A DNA stretch of 64,000 nucleotides, from positions 14,570,001 through 14,634,000 of the forward strand of contig NC_092671.1 of NCBI RefSeq assembly GCF_964355755.1. The letters run 5' to 3'. Origin of the DNA: Antedon mediterranea. Its lineage: Eukaryota; Animalia; Echinodermata. A program made the position numbers and the translations under genes. Below, one piece after another: positions 38,446 to 50,706 of the stretch. The first letter of the stretch is position 1; each line of letters starts with the position of its first letter. The notes under the pieces were generated by a model that was not told the origin of the DNA, did not search any database, and worked only from the letters and a program-made list of their open reading frames with translations.

Positions 38446-41400
38446 TTATTGGAATGAAGTGTCCTCCGAGAAAGCACCTGCTATCCTAAATTCATCTTGC
38501 ATCAAAACACAAAACATTCGTTGATGAGTTGGCTTGGAGTATGGTGCTGGTCGTGGAACACTTGTCCTCAGTATAAACTCTCGACCTGTAGGTCGTGGGA
38601 ATTGAGATGTATTCTGGCCTGTTGACGATCCTTCTTCATCTGTTGATTTAAAAGCCTGCAAGAAACGATTGAAACAAAGTTTATTTTTATTATTTATTAT
38701 TTTTATATGCGAGAAATTCCTTGATAGCAGATTTGGTTTGTGGGCTTAATCAATTAAAAAAAGGCCATTTATATATACCCTTTGTGCATCGATGAACAGC
38801 TTCTTAATAAGTGAGCCAGCTGGCCCTTTAGCAGCTCCAATAACAGGAACCTCAGGTTGTTCAAGGAGGCTAGACACAAATGTTTCCATCTCAGCTTGGT
38901 TCTTAGTTCCTGTTGCTTGGGGACTGAATTTGGTCTTTAGTGACTCAGAACGGGCAATAACTGCCTCAACCAACTTAATTTGTTTGATTAATTCCTGAAA
39001 TTACAAAAGTAAGCACTGTAAGCTAGCATTTTTAATTATGTTTGTTGTAGTCAATGAATGATGGTGACAGTAATTTTATCATTTGGATTCCAAAGTACTA
39101 ACACCAACTTTTTAATTACCTGATACTTGGTAACTTCTTGTGATGCACTGCGTGTAGTCTTAGAGGCTGATGAGATAATCTGTTCTAGGGTTGTCTTTAG
39201 AACTGGAAGGTTCTTCAATTCTGAAAGTTAAAAAGGGTTTATATTCAATTTCAGTGAAATACAAAAATGGTAGAAATTACTGTTTTATGTTAACTGACCA
39301 AGTTTAGTACTCAGCCATCACAAATTACTACATTAGTTGAATGAACTAAACATGAATTGATAAAGGGGAAATATACTGACTAATACCACCGTACCTGCTT
39401 GTTCAACTCGTATAAGTGCAGAATGTATAAGCACAGGTATTAAATGAAGAGCCAAATCTCCTAGTGTCATTGAACTTAAGAAATGTAGCACTTTCTCAGC
39501 TTCTTTGGTGTCATCAAATAATCGTCTTTGTCGGTGTGCTGGACAGGGTTTGGCTTGATTCCATACCTCTTGCCAAGTATTACCAGGAATCTAATAATAA
39601 TAATAATATGTAAAGCAATCACATCTAAAAAAATGTACCTACATTTTTATTTCATTTTGATGGCATCCATAACAACAATTTAGACAAAATTTAAACTTTC
39701 TCTCAATAACATCCAACAAAAATTATAGATTAAAATACCTTCATTCTTTGACTCAGTGAACCCTTTAGAATTCCATCATCATTAACCTCTTCGATCCAGT
39801 CTCTTGGAGAATACCATCTTACAAAATCTGCTAAGATACATCCTGGATTGGCAGCCTATGACAAAAATTAAATTAGATAAAAATGTTTCCTGTTTAAAAG
39901 ATTTTTAAAGCAGTCAAAGTCACCGTTACAGAGCACAGTCAAAACATGAGGATATCCCCACCTTGAATGATTCCATGTCTGAGAGTAAGCAAGCACTTTG
40001 CATTCTAGCCCTCAACTCAGCACCTTCACTGGACGTGCCTAGCTGGGCTAGTATCTCAGCATGCTCCTCAAGCATGTCCTCTGTCATTGGGGCTGGATCC
40101 TACAACAAATACAAATTAGTTATTTTACACAGTTATTTTAAATCAATAAAAAAATAGTTAAATGAGTCTTCTGAAATCCCATATAAGAATGCTTTAAAAT
40201 AATAATTATTAACCTACAGGAAGCATTAAAATCTAACCTGCATGATGGGTATATATAATGGTTCCTCACAGCTTTGCAGAAGCAAATCGTCACACTGCCG
40301 AAGCCTGCCCTCAGGTTGGTGAGCAACCGAATCTACAAAGTTTTTAGTCTCTATTGAACCTAAAGATGACTCCTCTTCCTCCTCTGGTGATATTTGTTGT
40401 GATGTTACAGTTGATACTGCTGAAGCATCTGGACATGTGTCAGTTCTGGCATCATCACTTGTACCTTCTAAACTTCCTGATTTTCCTTCAGATATTTCTT
40501 TTTCGTCAGAGTTAGAAGATTTATCATCAAAATGTCTGCTATCATCATCACATTCAAAGAATTCTTCATCACTATCACTGTCTGTTTTATTGCTTTTAAC
40601 GCTCCACTCTGATCCTTGTAATTCATCAACGACCATTTCTTCTTCTGCACTTACAGACACACTGCTACTCTGTATTTCTTTAGTATTGGTTATTTCTTGA
40701 TGGGAGCTATTTTCATTATTGGTTTCAGCAGTTGTTTGTGACTTTGTTTGTTTTAATCTTCTTTCTCTTGCTATCTTCCGTGAAATACAACAATTTAACA
40801 TCTATAAAATAAAATCAAACATTATTTATTAAAACATTAGATCAACATAACACCACAGTAGTTACACCTTTTCTATTTAAAATGAGGATTTAAGATACAT
40901 ATCTTTTCCTTGTTGAAGTAGTTATTCTTATTTATGAGGTTCCAGTCATTTGAAGCAATAATCTTACCTGCAGTTTTTGATGAAGTATACAGTAACCAAG
41001 ATTAGGAGAACCAGAATTCAACCTAAAAAAATATAAGTGTGTATATTCTCTTGATTGGTATTTTAATGGCATGATTGCTTACCAATCTCAGGGTCATTGG
41101 TTCAAGCTCTGCTTCTGCCACAGTACTATGATTTCTCTCTTAAGCATCATACAGTATGTATAGTAGTAAACGACAAACACACATAACAATACATTAACTT
41201 ACCCTGATATTAATGTCTTACTTTCCAATCTGTACCGCAACTCTAGTAAAAACTCATGCCATAGATGTGCGGCTCCTTTCATTCCACCATGGTTATAGTT
41301 AACCACACACATACACACAGCAAGCTTATATACTAAGCTTCCTTCAGGTGCCGTTTTGAAATGACGATACTTTTCCTGGGGGAAAATGACATGAATCAAC

Positions 41401-44400
41401 ATTTGTATGGGTTATACTTACATTCATAAATTAAGATTAAAAAACTAAATAAATAATTAATAATAATAAATAATCATACACTACACTTTAGTATAAGTGA
41501 CCATGGTCAAATAAAAAGCCTAGTTAAAGAGTAAGAAGCATTACGGCCAGGGAAGGCGAAATGTTAATCTGATTACAACAAATACTAAAGCATTTAATTC
41601 TTCCAATAACTTCATCATTTGACACAAATAAATCATGGCACAATTTAGTACACGAGTAGTAGTCTAAAACCTGATTTATTTACCTTGTTTTCTTGTTCAT
41701 CATTAACTGAATTTGATTCCTCTGAACTGTTTTCAGCATCATCAGGAAAAAGATACTAAAGTTGAAAAAAAAATGATAATAAATACTTCTGTAAAACATC
41801 TTAAATTAGTTCCTGTATCAGTACATAAATTAAATTTAGTTCAACTCAGTTGCAGTGTTAACAAACATGCTCAGTTGCAAAAAGGCACAAGCCAAATTGA
41901 GGGGAGAGGGGGCAAGGGGAATTAGTAAACAGTAACATTTACCTCAAACTCAATTTGACAAAAGTTTCAACAATATCAAAACTTACTGATAATATTTCAT
42001 TAAGAAGTTCAGTTGGAATCGGTTCCGGTTCATTGCTTTCCACTTTTCTCCTTTTTTTCCTTCTTGTCTTTAACCTACTCACTACTGTTGCCTTCTTGGA
42101 GATGAATGCCATCCCTGGATCTGTAAGCCTTTGCAAGGCCTCTCCAATATTTTCTTCATTCTCCTCTTGGTAAGCCTTACCTAATAATTGCTCAGTTGAT
42201 TCTTTACGACTGCATAGTTTTTCAAACTCTAAAAGGTAATCCGCTATAAAAAATAATAGTGTTATTTAGATTATGAATTATATCAAAGTTAAGATTAAAT
42301 TCAACAGTATAGACTCTTTGTTAACTTTTTTAGTTTTAGTTTTAAAAAGTAAATTAATGATTTAACACTTAAGTGAAAATTGAGCAGAACAGCCCATTAG
42401 GAAGGACAAGTACACATTCATATAGAACCAACCTGTTTCTCTCATAAAACAATTAATTAATTCTCACCTAAAAGGCATTCAGGATTGTCCACCATTCTTA
42501 CTCGAACTGACCATACAGGTGCACGTAAAGGGTCAAGGTCACTGAAATAGGTGCAAAAAAACCCTTTTACAAATAAATTACAAGATACATTCAGTGAGAA
42601 AAAACTGATTTCATTTTTGTCATTCACAACAATCCATACAATTCTTCCTATTATCAAGTTCAACCCTTTATCAACCTAGAGGTACTTACGAAAATGAACT
42701 GTTATCAACCATCATATCTTCTGTAAAACAAGGCCATGTAGTATACAGATGTAGTTCACGTATAGGATCTTCTATAGCTCCAAACGGCAAGCTTTTAAAA
42801 CCAGCATATCCTATTGACACGTCATTCTCATTATCAACTTCGTCAATATCTGAATTTGAAAAAAAAACAAGCATTTGTGCTATTTAAACTTATGCCAATT
42901 TAAAAAGGTCTATAATTTGAATTATTAAAACATTGTTACCTGGAGGTTGTTGGGGCCAAGCCGAGTAGTGAGTCCAGTCTTGAAGGACAAATGTAAATCG
43001 TACTGATACATTAACATAAGGTATATTTACAGTACCAGCCTAAATATAGATAAACAAAAAATAAAAGAATATTCATTTGATGCCCACATTAGGGATACAA
43101 CAGGTCTAAAGGGCCTTTCACACCTGCTCCGGCACGGTTCCGGTCCGGCGACGGCAAATCCAATCGAACGTCAATGTTTCGTTTTTACGCGGCTACGCGC
43201 ATATCGATTGGTGCTTGGCCGCGTGGAGCGTCGTGAAAACGAAACATTGGCGTTCGATTCGCCGGACCGGAACCGTGCCGGAACAGGTGTGAAAGGCCCT
43301 TAAATCAAGAACACCCACTCAGTTTATTTCATTAGTTCTCTTTGTTTTTGATATCAACTCTTCTCATAGTCAATCCAGCATCTTTTCCAGTGTCAAAATG
43401 AACTACATAGATATATCCTGTAATCAGCTTTGCACATTAATTGTAACAATGTTACAATCTTATGTTTGCTTTCATTAATATTTAGTCAATATTACCATTG
43501 CAAAAGAAACATGGAATACTCCCAATTGATAAGTATTACAATAATGCAACTTACAATTTTAGATCTGAAAATAGTTAACAGTCCCTGTAAGTGATTGTAC
43601 TGGGGTGGTGCTTTCATCAGGTGTACCATGTCAAAGGTCGTACGAACACCGGGAGCTTCAGCCACTCCAGTATACATTCGCCTCCATTTCTGCTGAATTT
43701 GAGCAAATACTGGAACTTTACTGAAAAATTAAATTATAATATTTTACATTTTGTACAAATCCATGCGAAAGCATTCAGTGATTTACTATAAAAAAGGTTA
43801 GGAAATTAGTGCCTATTGTATTCTCTGTCAGGGATAAATGAATTTGGGATTTATTAAGCCATCTTCAAAATAATAAATTCATAACAATAATCTAATTATT
43901 TCAATAAATATGGAGGGAGTATCATATAAATAATATTGATAGTGCACCTGCACTGAGGAAGGGTTAGTGTTACCCGAAAGCTCTGCAATTTCTTTCTGAT
44001 CGTTTTACTTTATCTTTTTGATCAGCTTTTTTGCTTATTTTATTTGTATCTCCATGCCTTTTGATTTGAATAATAATGATAGTTAATATTGCAAAAAGGA
44101 GCATTGAACAAAAACAATCTTAATATATTCCTAATTCAGGGCCCCTAAGTGGTTTGTTAAAATATTTTTACACAGTGGCATAAAAACTGTGGTAGAACGT
44201 AAAAAGCAGCTGTTGAAAACAGAATTGTTTTGTACACACCTAATAAAATAATAATAATAATAACTGGTACATTACGCTGAAAGCCTCAATGCGCTTTACA
44301 TAGAAAAAACAATTTGGTGGAAATTCACTTGCTTTTTGTTTTATCAATGGCAACTAATAGCAAAAGGCATAACAATAAAGGTTTAACTTTGTTTACTATT

Positions 44401-45778
44401 AAATAGAAGATACAGTGCATACCAATTTGTATTGTTAATGGCAACTGTGGCAGAACTTAATAATAAGTTACACTTGCTTTCACTGCTAATAGCATCACTT
44501 TTCGCAGAGGGTGCTAGAACAAGAAAGTGTTGCACACCATACCTACATGTGGAAAAAAAGTATTAATATCTTCTTAAAATAATTATATTAATCTATGTTT
44601 GGTACAGTACAGTACCATAATTGTTCACCTTTTAAAGCCATGCTTAATACTGGTGTCTCAGAAAAGTTTGATTTTAAAGACCTGTGTATATACATACCAT
44701 CTACAAAGACAGTGGGCTCTTGGTGGAAAGTCACCGTCCATTGATATCATATCCTCCATTGTTTGTGGCAAACGATCTACAGTAGGGATAAGAAGGAAAA
44801 AACGGTTTTTAGATATTAATGTTATTGGGAAAAGCCCACAGACAAAATTCAAGAGAAGAAAAAGAAACAAGAAAGAAAAAGATTGACGTGCAATAACAAT
44901 CTGAGTTAGGACAGTATAATTTATCTCAAATGTTTAATAATACCCAGTATTTTCTACTGCATCAATTTTTAAGTTTATTGTTTCACACGATATAATATAA
45001 AAAAAAATCTTTTTTAAACAATTTACCCTCTGTTTCTTCTTCTTTACTAGATAATACTTCTTCTGTCTGTTCATCTTCAAAGAACAGCCTGTGCTCAGTA
45101 ATAATAAATCTAAAGTTTGCAAACTGTATGAATTCCTGTCTTTCTTTCCAGCAACCATTTTCTCCTTTTTTCACTTTATTATTTTGTGGGACAATGTTTA
45201 ATTTCCAGTCATGGAGTATGTGTTCCAATCGTGCTATAAATCTGGGTTTGCAAAACAAATAATAAAATATATATTTATTATAACATTTTTAAATAATAGA
45301 AAATATATAAATTTGATAATTTATAAAAACTAATAATATTGTTCAGATACTGATATTGATGGGTCTATTTTAACCTTAGTAAAGATGTGTTGAAAAGTGT
45401 TAAATGTGTGATCAATAATACAATAAAAAGAGTGTAGGGCCTACTGAAATTAAAATTGTTGTTTAGTATACTAGTATTAGTAGTGAGATTATAAAATAGA
45501 TTTGCACATCACCTTTCCCATTCTGAAGCTGTTGTAAAATCTGTAATCTCAAAGACATCTGTATCCTGTAATTGTAAAATGAATAAATCTAATCTAACGG
45601 GTAATAATAGGTACACTCTACTGGTGGGCAGGCCTACTAGAGGGCCAGAACTCTGCCTACTACTACTACTCCTATCTAGGCCTACCTTGAGCTAGGACTA
45701 GGCCAGGACAGGTAAGTCTAGGCCCTACTTTACTCTATCATAAACGTTCTTAAATATTACCTCAGTTTCCTCCGACAT
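38446..45778 (-). CDS. RAB3GAP1: Rab3 GTPase-activating protein catalytic subunit
   Basis: MSEETEDTDVFEITDFTTASEWERFIARLE, DFPPRAHCLCRWY, MESFKAANPGCILADFVRWYSPRDW, QRRLFDDTKEAEKVLHFL, GREFILRTSVPRPAPYS...AGAFSEDTSFQ. Confidence 0.97.
43110..43300. mobile_element. MITE with long near-perfect TIRs and TAA target duplication (PIF/Harbinger-like)
   Basis: TAA|AGGGCCTTTCACACCTGCTCCGGCACGGTTCCGGTCCGGCGA ... TCGCCGGACCGGAACCGTGCCGGAACAGGTGTGAAAGGCCCT|TAA. Confidence 0.92.
43949..43987 (+). ncRNA. Minimal type-I hammerhead ribozyme motif
   Basis: TGCA-CTGAGGA-A-GGGT(tagtgtt)ACCC-GAAA-GC-TC-TGCA: core boxes, stem I, stem II and palindromic AGCT stem III. Confidence 0.72.
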
Positions 45779-46199
45779 ACTTTGTACTCATATAGATTCA
45801 ATATAAAATAATTCAATTCTACAAAGCACCACATAAACTAATATTTTAACCCCGGTAATTACTTGGTCATCCTCTAAAAAATTATAATAGGCTAGTATTT
45901 AATATAGTCGTCGTACGTGTAGAAATAACTTCTACAAAAATAAATAAATAACGTAGGAGGCCCTCTCTGGACCACTCTAAACCCATAGTGACATTTAATT
46001 ATGAGTTTTTTAAGCAAATGCTAAATTGTAACTTTAACTTTTTTGGATATATAGCATTTAAAAAAATATTTTTTTTCATATATAATTAATTATTGTATAT
46101 AAAATTTATTTAAAATTGTAGAATTTAGAACAAATCTAACATAAACATTTAGTAGAATTTGACTAAAAGGTTAAAAATGGCAGCGCCCATGAATACAAA

Positions 46200-47439
46200 A
46201 TGGCGAAGCCGTTCCAGCCGGGTGCCGCTCCATTTGGCAATTTTATTAATTATTACTCCTTTAATCCACCACAGAACAGACTGAAATTAATTCCTGACAG
46301 TTTGTTAACTTCTTTGACAAACGATGATAAATCAACTCGAATATTAATACTGGATATTGGATGTAATGCTGGGGTAAGTTAGTTTGTATTATAGGCTAGC
46401 TAGTCTACCACAATCTCTTCTTTGAGTTTCCCTTACCCAAAAAACATTCGCCAGCTGCGCGGCTGAGGTGCGAAACTGCAGTAGCACCGGGCCCCTTATC
46501 TTAGGCCTACCCTATAGAGTGTGTAGGCTAGACTAGGCTAATTTAACTAAACTAGGTAAGCTCCTAACCTAAGAAGGGCGGGCCTAGGCTAGTAGTAGAG
46601 TAGTAAGTAGGGATCAGCGTAAACTACAAATATTATATATACCGTATACGGTTATTTATTGTGTGTTGTGTGTGGTGTTCTGTCTATACACTCTTAATTA
46701 CTCTGTTTCTGGACCCAACTTGTGGATAAAATAGGCACAGCCCATTCAAATAAAAAAATACTGTAATACTATTACTAATATGAAATAAATTGAAATTAAT
46801 GTACCTACTGTACTACTGTTATTTATGAAATTATTTGCACCAACCTCTTTTCAGGATTTGACAGTTGGGATGTACAAGAACCTAACACAAAGACCTGCTA
46901 CAATCAACAAAAGTGAAAATTCTCCAGAAATATCAATGCTTGGTTGCGACATTGATAAAACATTAATTCAACGTGCACTTCAAAACAATCCGTTTCCAGA
47001 CAAAATAGCTTACCAGGCATTCAACTTTATGGATGGAGCTACACGGGTTAAACATTTAAAAGCATTCCTAAAGTCTCACGGAAAAGAACACTTTGATCTT
47101 GTTTGTTGCTTCTCATTGACCATGTGGATCCATCTAAATAATGGCGACACTGGTTTACTGGAGTTTTTAGACATTATATCTAGCATGACGAGGTTTGTCC
47201 TTATAGAACCACATCCATGGAGGTGCTACCGTAATGCTGAACGAAGAGTTACAAAGTTGGGCTGCGAAGGTTTTGAGCTGTTGCCACATATTAAGATAAG
47301 GAATGATGTAGATGTTCAGATAAAGAATTACCTTACTGATAGTTGTGGAATGACTTTAATTAAAGACTTTGGGGCAACAAAATGGAAAAGAAGTATTCAC
47401 CTTTTCCAAAAGTCAGATTTGAAACACAAATTAAAATAA
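46200..47439 (+). CDS. BCDIN3D: RNA 5'-monophosphate methyltransferase (Bin3 family); exons 46200-46373 and 46855-47439
   Basis: PGAAPFGNFINYYSFNPP, LDIGCNAGDLT, GCDID, CFSLTMWIHLNNGD, EPHPWRCY. Confidence 0.95.
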
Positions 47440-48004
47440 ACAAGATAATAATTTGGTGGCAATTTAAAAAACTTAAATTATTAAAAAAATCTTGCCACAA
47501 AAATATTTCAACTTTTATAACTATTGTAGTATCATGTTTTCCAGTAATTTCAAATCACAGTACTGTATGTACAGTATGGATTTTATTACATAGAATGTGT
47601 AGCATTTTAATAAAATAAACTGTATACTTTTTGCGAGGTTACAGTCTTTGAATATTTATCTGAGAATGCAGTATAGCACTTTCAAAATCATGTATGAATA
47701 GTAATGTATAGTTAGTAATTATATAATTATTAAATCTTGTTTGTATTTGTATGTTGCCCAAATTAAAAGTAGAAATATCACGTATTATAAATGTATACAG
47801 TAATTAAATATATAACATGATGTTTATGATTCTGCCATGTGTTGAAAACAGTCTTCTTAGAAAGTATTAATTATTGAAAATAAAAGTATACTTTACATTG
47901 TGTTTTATTTTTATGGCATTATTTGTTGTTTATATATACATTACATGTAGATTTTATCATCATATATTGTATACAAAAATGTATTTTAAATTCCTGCATA
48001 CTTC

Positions 48005-48157
48005 AGCTCTGTCTACATTATCAAACTAGTTTGACAAAAAAAGTGTGATGTGCCCAAATATGACAGTAATATTACATCAGTTATATTGTTATGCCCACAT
48101 AATAAAGGGCACATCAAATTGTTTTGTCACAACAAGTTTGATAGTGTAGACAGAGCT
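48005..48157. mobile_element. MITE family A, complete copy
   Basis: AGCTCTGTCTACATTATCAAACT ... AGTTTGATAGTGTAGACAGAGCT. Confidence 0.88.
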
Positions 48158-48355
48158 TTTATATATACTGTTTAATCCTGATTAAAATGTCTGCATCCTG
48201 TTATCAAATTCAGCCACAGCAATCAATATGACCAATCAGGCAGTGAATGCAGTTTGAATGTATTTATAGATAACCATCTTTAAAAATAGTGTAGTGCAGT
48301 GTGTATTTCACTGAATTAATGATAACCTCATTTTATAATAGTTGATGTTAAAGTT

Positions 48356-48854
48356 TCATTTGTATCGTATGCTTTCATCATGAGCTGCATAGAGGTTGGC
48401 ATTCCTCATTCTTTCCTTTGTTTTCATCACCTCAACCCGGTTTCGATCAACTTGCCGTTTGGCCATAACAAAGCTTGTGAGCCCTACAATTATAATACCA
48501 GCCCTAAAATGATAAAAGTAGTTAGGTGATGAAAATGTTAGTTGAATGTAAAGTTTTCTATCTGAATGTGTACTTGTCCAAGGCTCTGTGCCATATAATA
48601 AACAGAAAAAGGTGCATGATTGTTTTTTTAATAACTAGAAAACATGCCATTTGAAGAACAGGTAGGAAACAATGAATTTATTTATACAGTTTGGTAAGCT
48701 TTCCCTTTACCTTGTCCTTTCCTTGCTCACTCAAAATGTAATGTTTTGTGAAAGGAAACCACTACACAGTACACACTGGCAAATATTAATTAATTAATCA
48801 TATCATATGTACTTACCAACTAATACTGATTTTTGCACTTTTTGTCAGTACCAT
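48356..48854 (-). CDS. 61-aa single-pass membrane microprotein (DUF4748-like); exons 48854-48817 and 48503-48356
   Basis: MVLTKSAKISISW|AGIIIVGLTSFVMAKRQVDRNRVEVMKTKERMRNANLYAAHDESIRYK; AAAATGG start context and clean GTAAGT/TTTTAG junction. Family assignment is from memory of the W-TM-AKRxIDxxR pattern. Confidence 0.8.
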
Positions 48855-49749
48855 TTTAGTAACCACTGTTCTCGATCAACTGCAGGCTAGGCATAGGCCT
48901 GATTGAATGCCTTTTAATAGCACTTCAGCAGCAGAGTACCGCCCTCTTTACTACGGAATCAACAGACCGCACACACTTAAAGTAGGGCCTAGGCTTGGTA
49001 GGCCTAAATGATTGATATAATAGCAGACACAGCCTAGTCTACTACTTGTTTCGTCTACAAAATAATAATACTGCTACTATATAGTCCTAATATTCCGCCA
49101 GTTTTATTCTACTATTACTAACGTGTTTCTCGATCGGAAGTTGAACAGGCCTAGCCTAGGCCTAGCCTCGCGTGTGTTGGAAACTTTTGATTTTTGACAT
49201 TATTTAACCGGCCTCATACGCGATGGTCTGGCACATGCACGCATGCGTACTCGGAGCCTCATCATGAAACTTTTTTTTGTTACTAGCCTCCTATACCACT
49301 TTTTGTGCAAAATACATTTTCGTTAGCCCCCTATTCGTTTAATATAATTGCAGCATTTACATTATCTTATCAAATTTATTGGCCAAAAGTAGGCTTATAC
49401 AGGCTAATTATAAATTTCCAACACCTGCACCATATAATAATTACAGTATGCCTATTTACCATACTGATATTACATGTTATATCATTTGCTACAATTTATA
49501 ATATACGCCTATTATTTACCATGATATTTACTGAAATTTGTTATAATGTACAATTTATATCATCAATTTATTATTATCATCAATCAATACAAATTTAGTG
49601 TATAACATTATAGGCATCATCAAATGCAACTATCACATGTAATAGCATCCTCCCATTTTAAATAGGCTACAGCTGCTATTTTATTTAATAACACTGTAGT
49701 TAAATGTTTTGTTATGGATGCGACGCTATTAATATTTTCTTGTTGTTTC

Positions 49750-50265
49750 TATTCAATTCAATTCAATTTAACATTTATTTCTTCCTTCAAGAAAATGAGG
49801 TAAACATAATAAATTCCAGTAAAATATATAACAAGTCAATTGATGATAAAAAAAAAAGTGTACAGTTATCAATAAGAGGAAGTAGGCAGTGCCCAAGAAG
49901 ATAGAAATCTTGTGGCGGGCCAGCCTATTTACATAGTACAGACACAGGTAATACGGACTTAAAATTCAAGAAAATAGGATTCAAAATACAGGACGTATGG
50001 ACAGGGACATAACAAGATCAATACTTTGCAATAAGGTATTTCTTAAGTTTGGAAGAAAACGTTTTTTATTGAAATAGAGTTGTCGATGTCAGAAGGTAAA
50101 TTATTCCAAAAATTGGAGCCGGAAAATCTTATGTTATGTTGAAAATAATTAGTGATGTTTTGGTATATGGATCTTAGATTGGTTTCTTGTACAGTAGGCC
50201 TACGAGTGACGAACAGAATTTGGGATGAAAAAATTACACAGATGCTTAGGAAGAAGAAAATTTAT
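49750..50265 (-). mobile_element. Degraded 3' end of a CR1/L2-group LINE with (TTGAA)n tail
   Basis: Minus strand translates NIRFSGSNFWNNLPSDIDNS (typical post-RT motif); GC-richer 3' UTR ~49875-49927; ATTCA repeats at 49750-49768. Confidence 0.65.
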
Positions 50266-50706
50266 TGAATTCAATTTAGAAAACAAATGAGACGAATGAG
50301 ACCGTGGTGGAACGCCAGATATAATGCGAGTATATACCCGCCCCGGCTAGTTTCTTAATGGAACTGGTCGCCTCTGCCGTTATTTTAACGTCCTGCCTAT
50401 CCACCACTCATCGTAAATAACGTCCGTAATCTGTCCTGAAAACAAAAACGAATGCTTTCTCGTTTTAAAATAAGAAACACTTTTTAATGGACATAAAGGC
50501 CCTATCATTCCTTTTTTGTTTGGGATATTAACACATTCTACTAATTTAATCCGAATTTTCTTTTAAACGGACAGGATAATTGTTAGCTGGGGAGCGCGAG
50601 TATAATAATGATAAAGTACAGTATAGAATTGTATCAAAAAGTCTTGGTTCATAACGCGACTCAAATGATCTGACACCACAGTCCAATTTTAATCCAAAAC
50701 GTTGTC

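Noticed and set aside
43959-43968. Telomerase RNA template (AGGGTTAG)
   Set aside because: A single short match that is better explained as stem II of the hammerhead motif.
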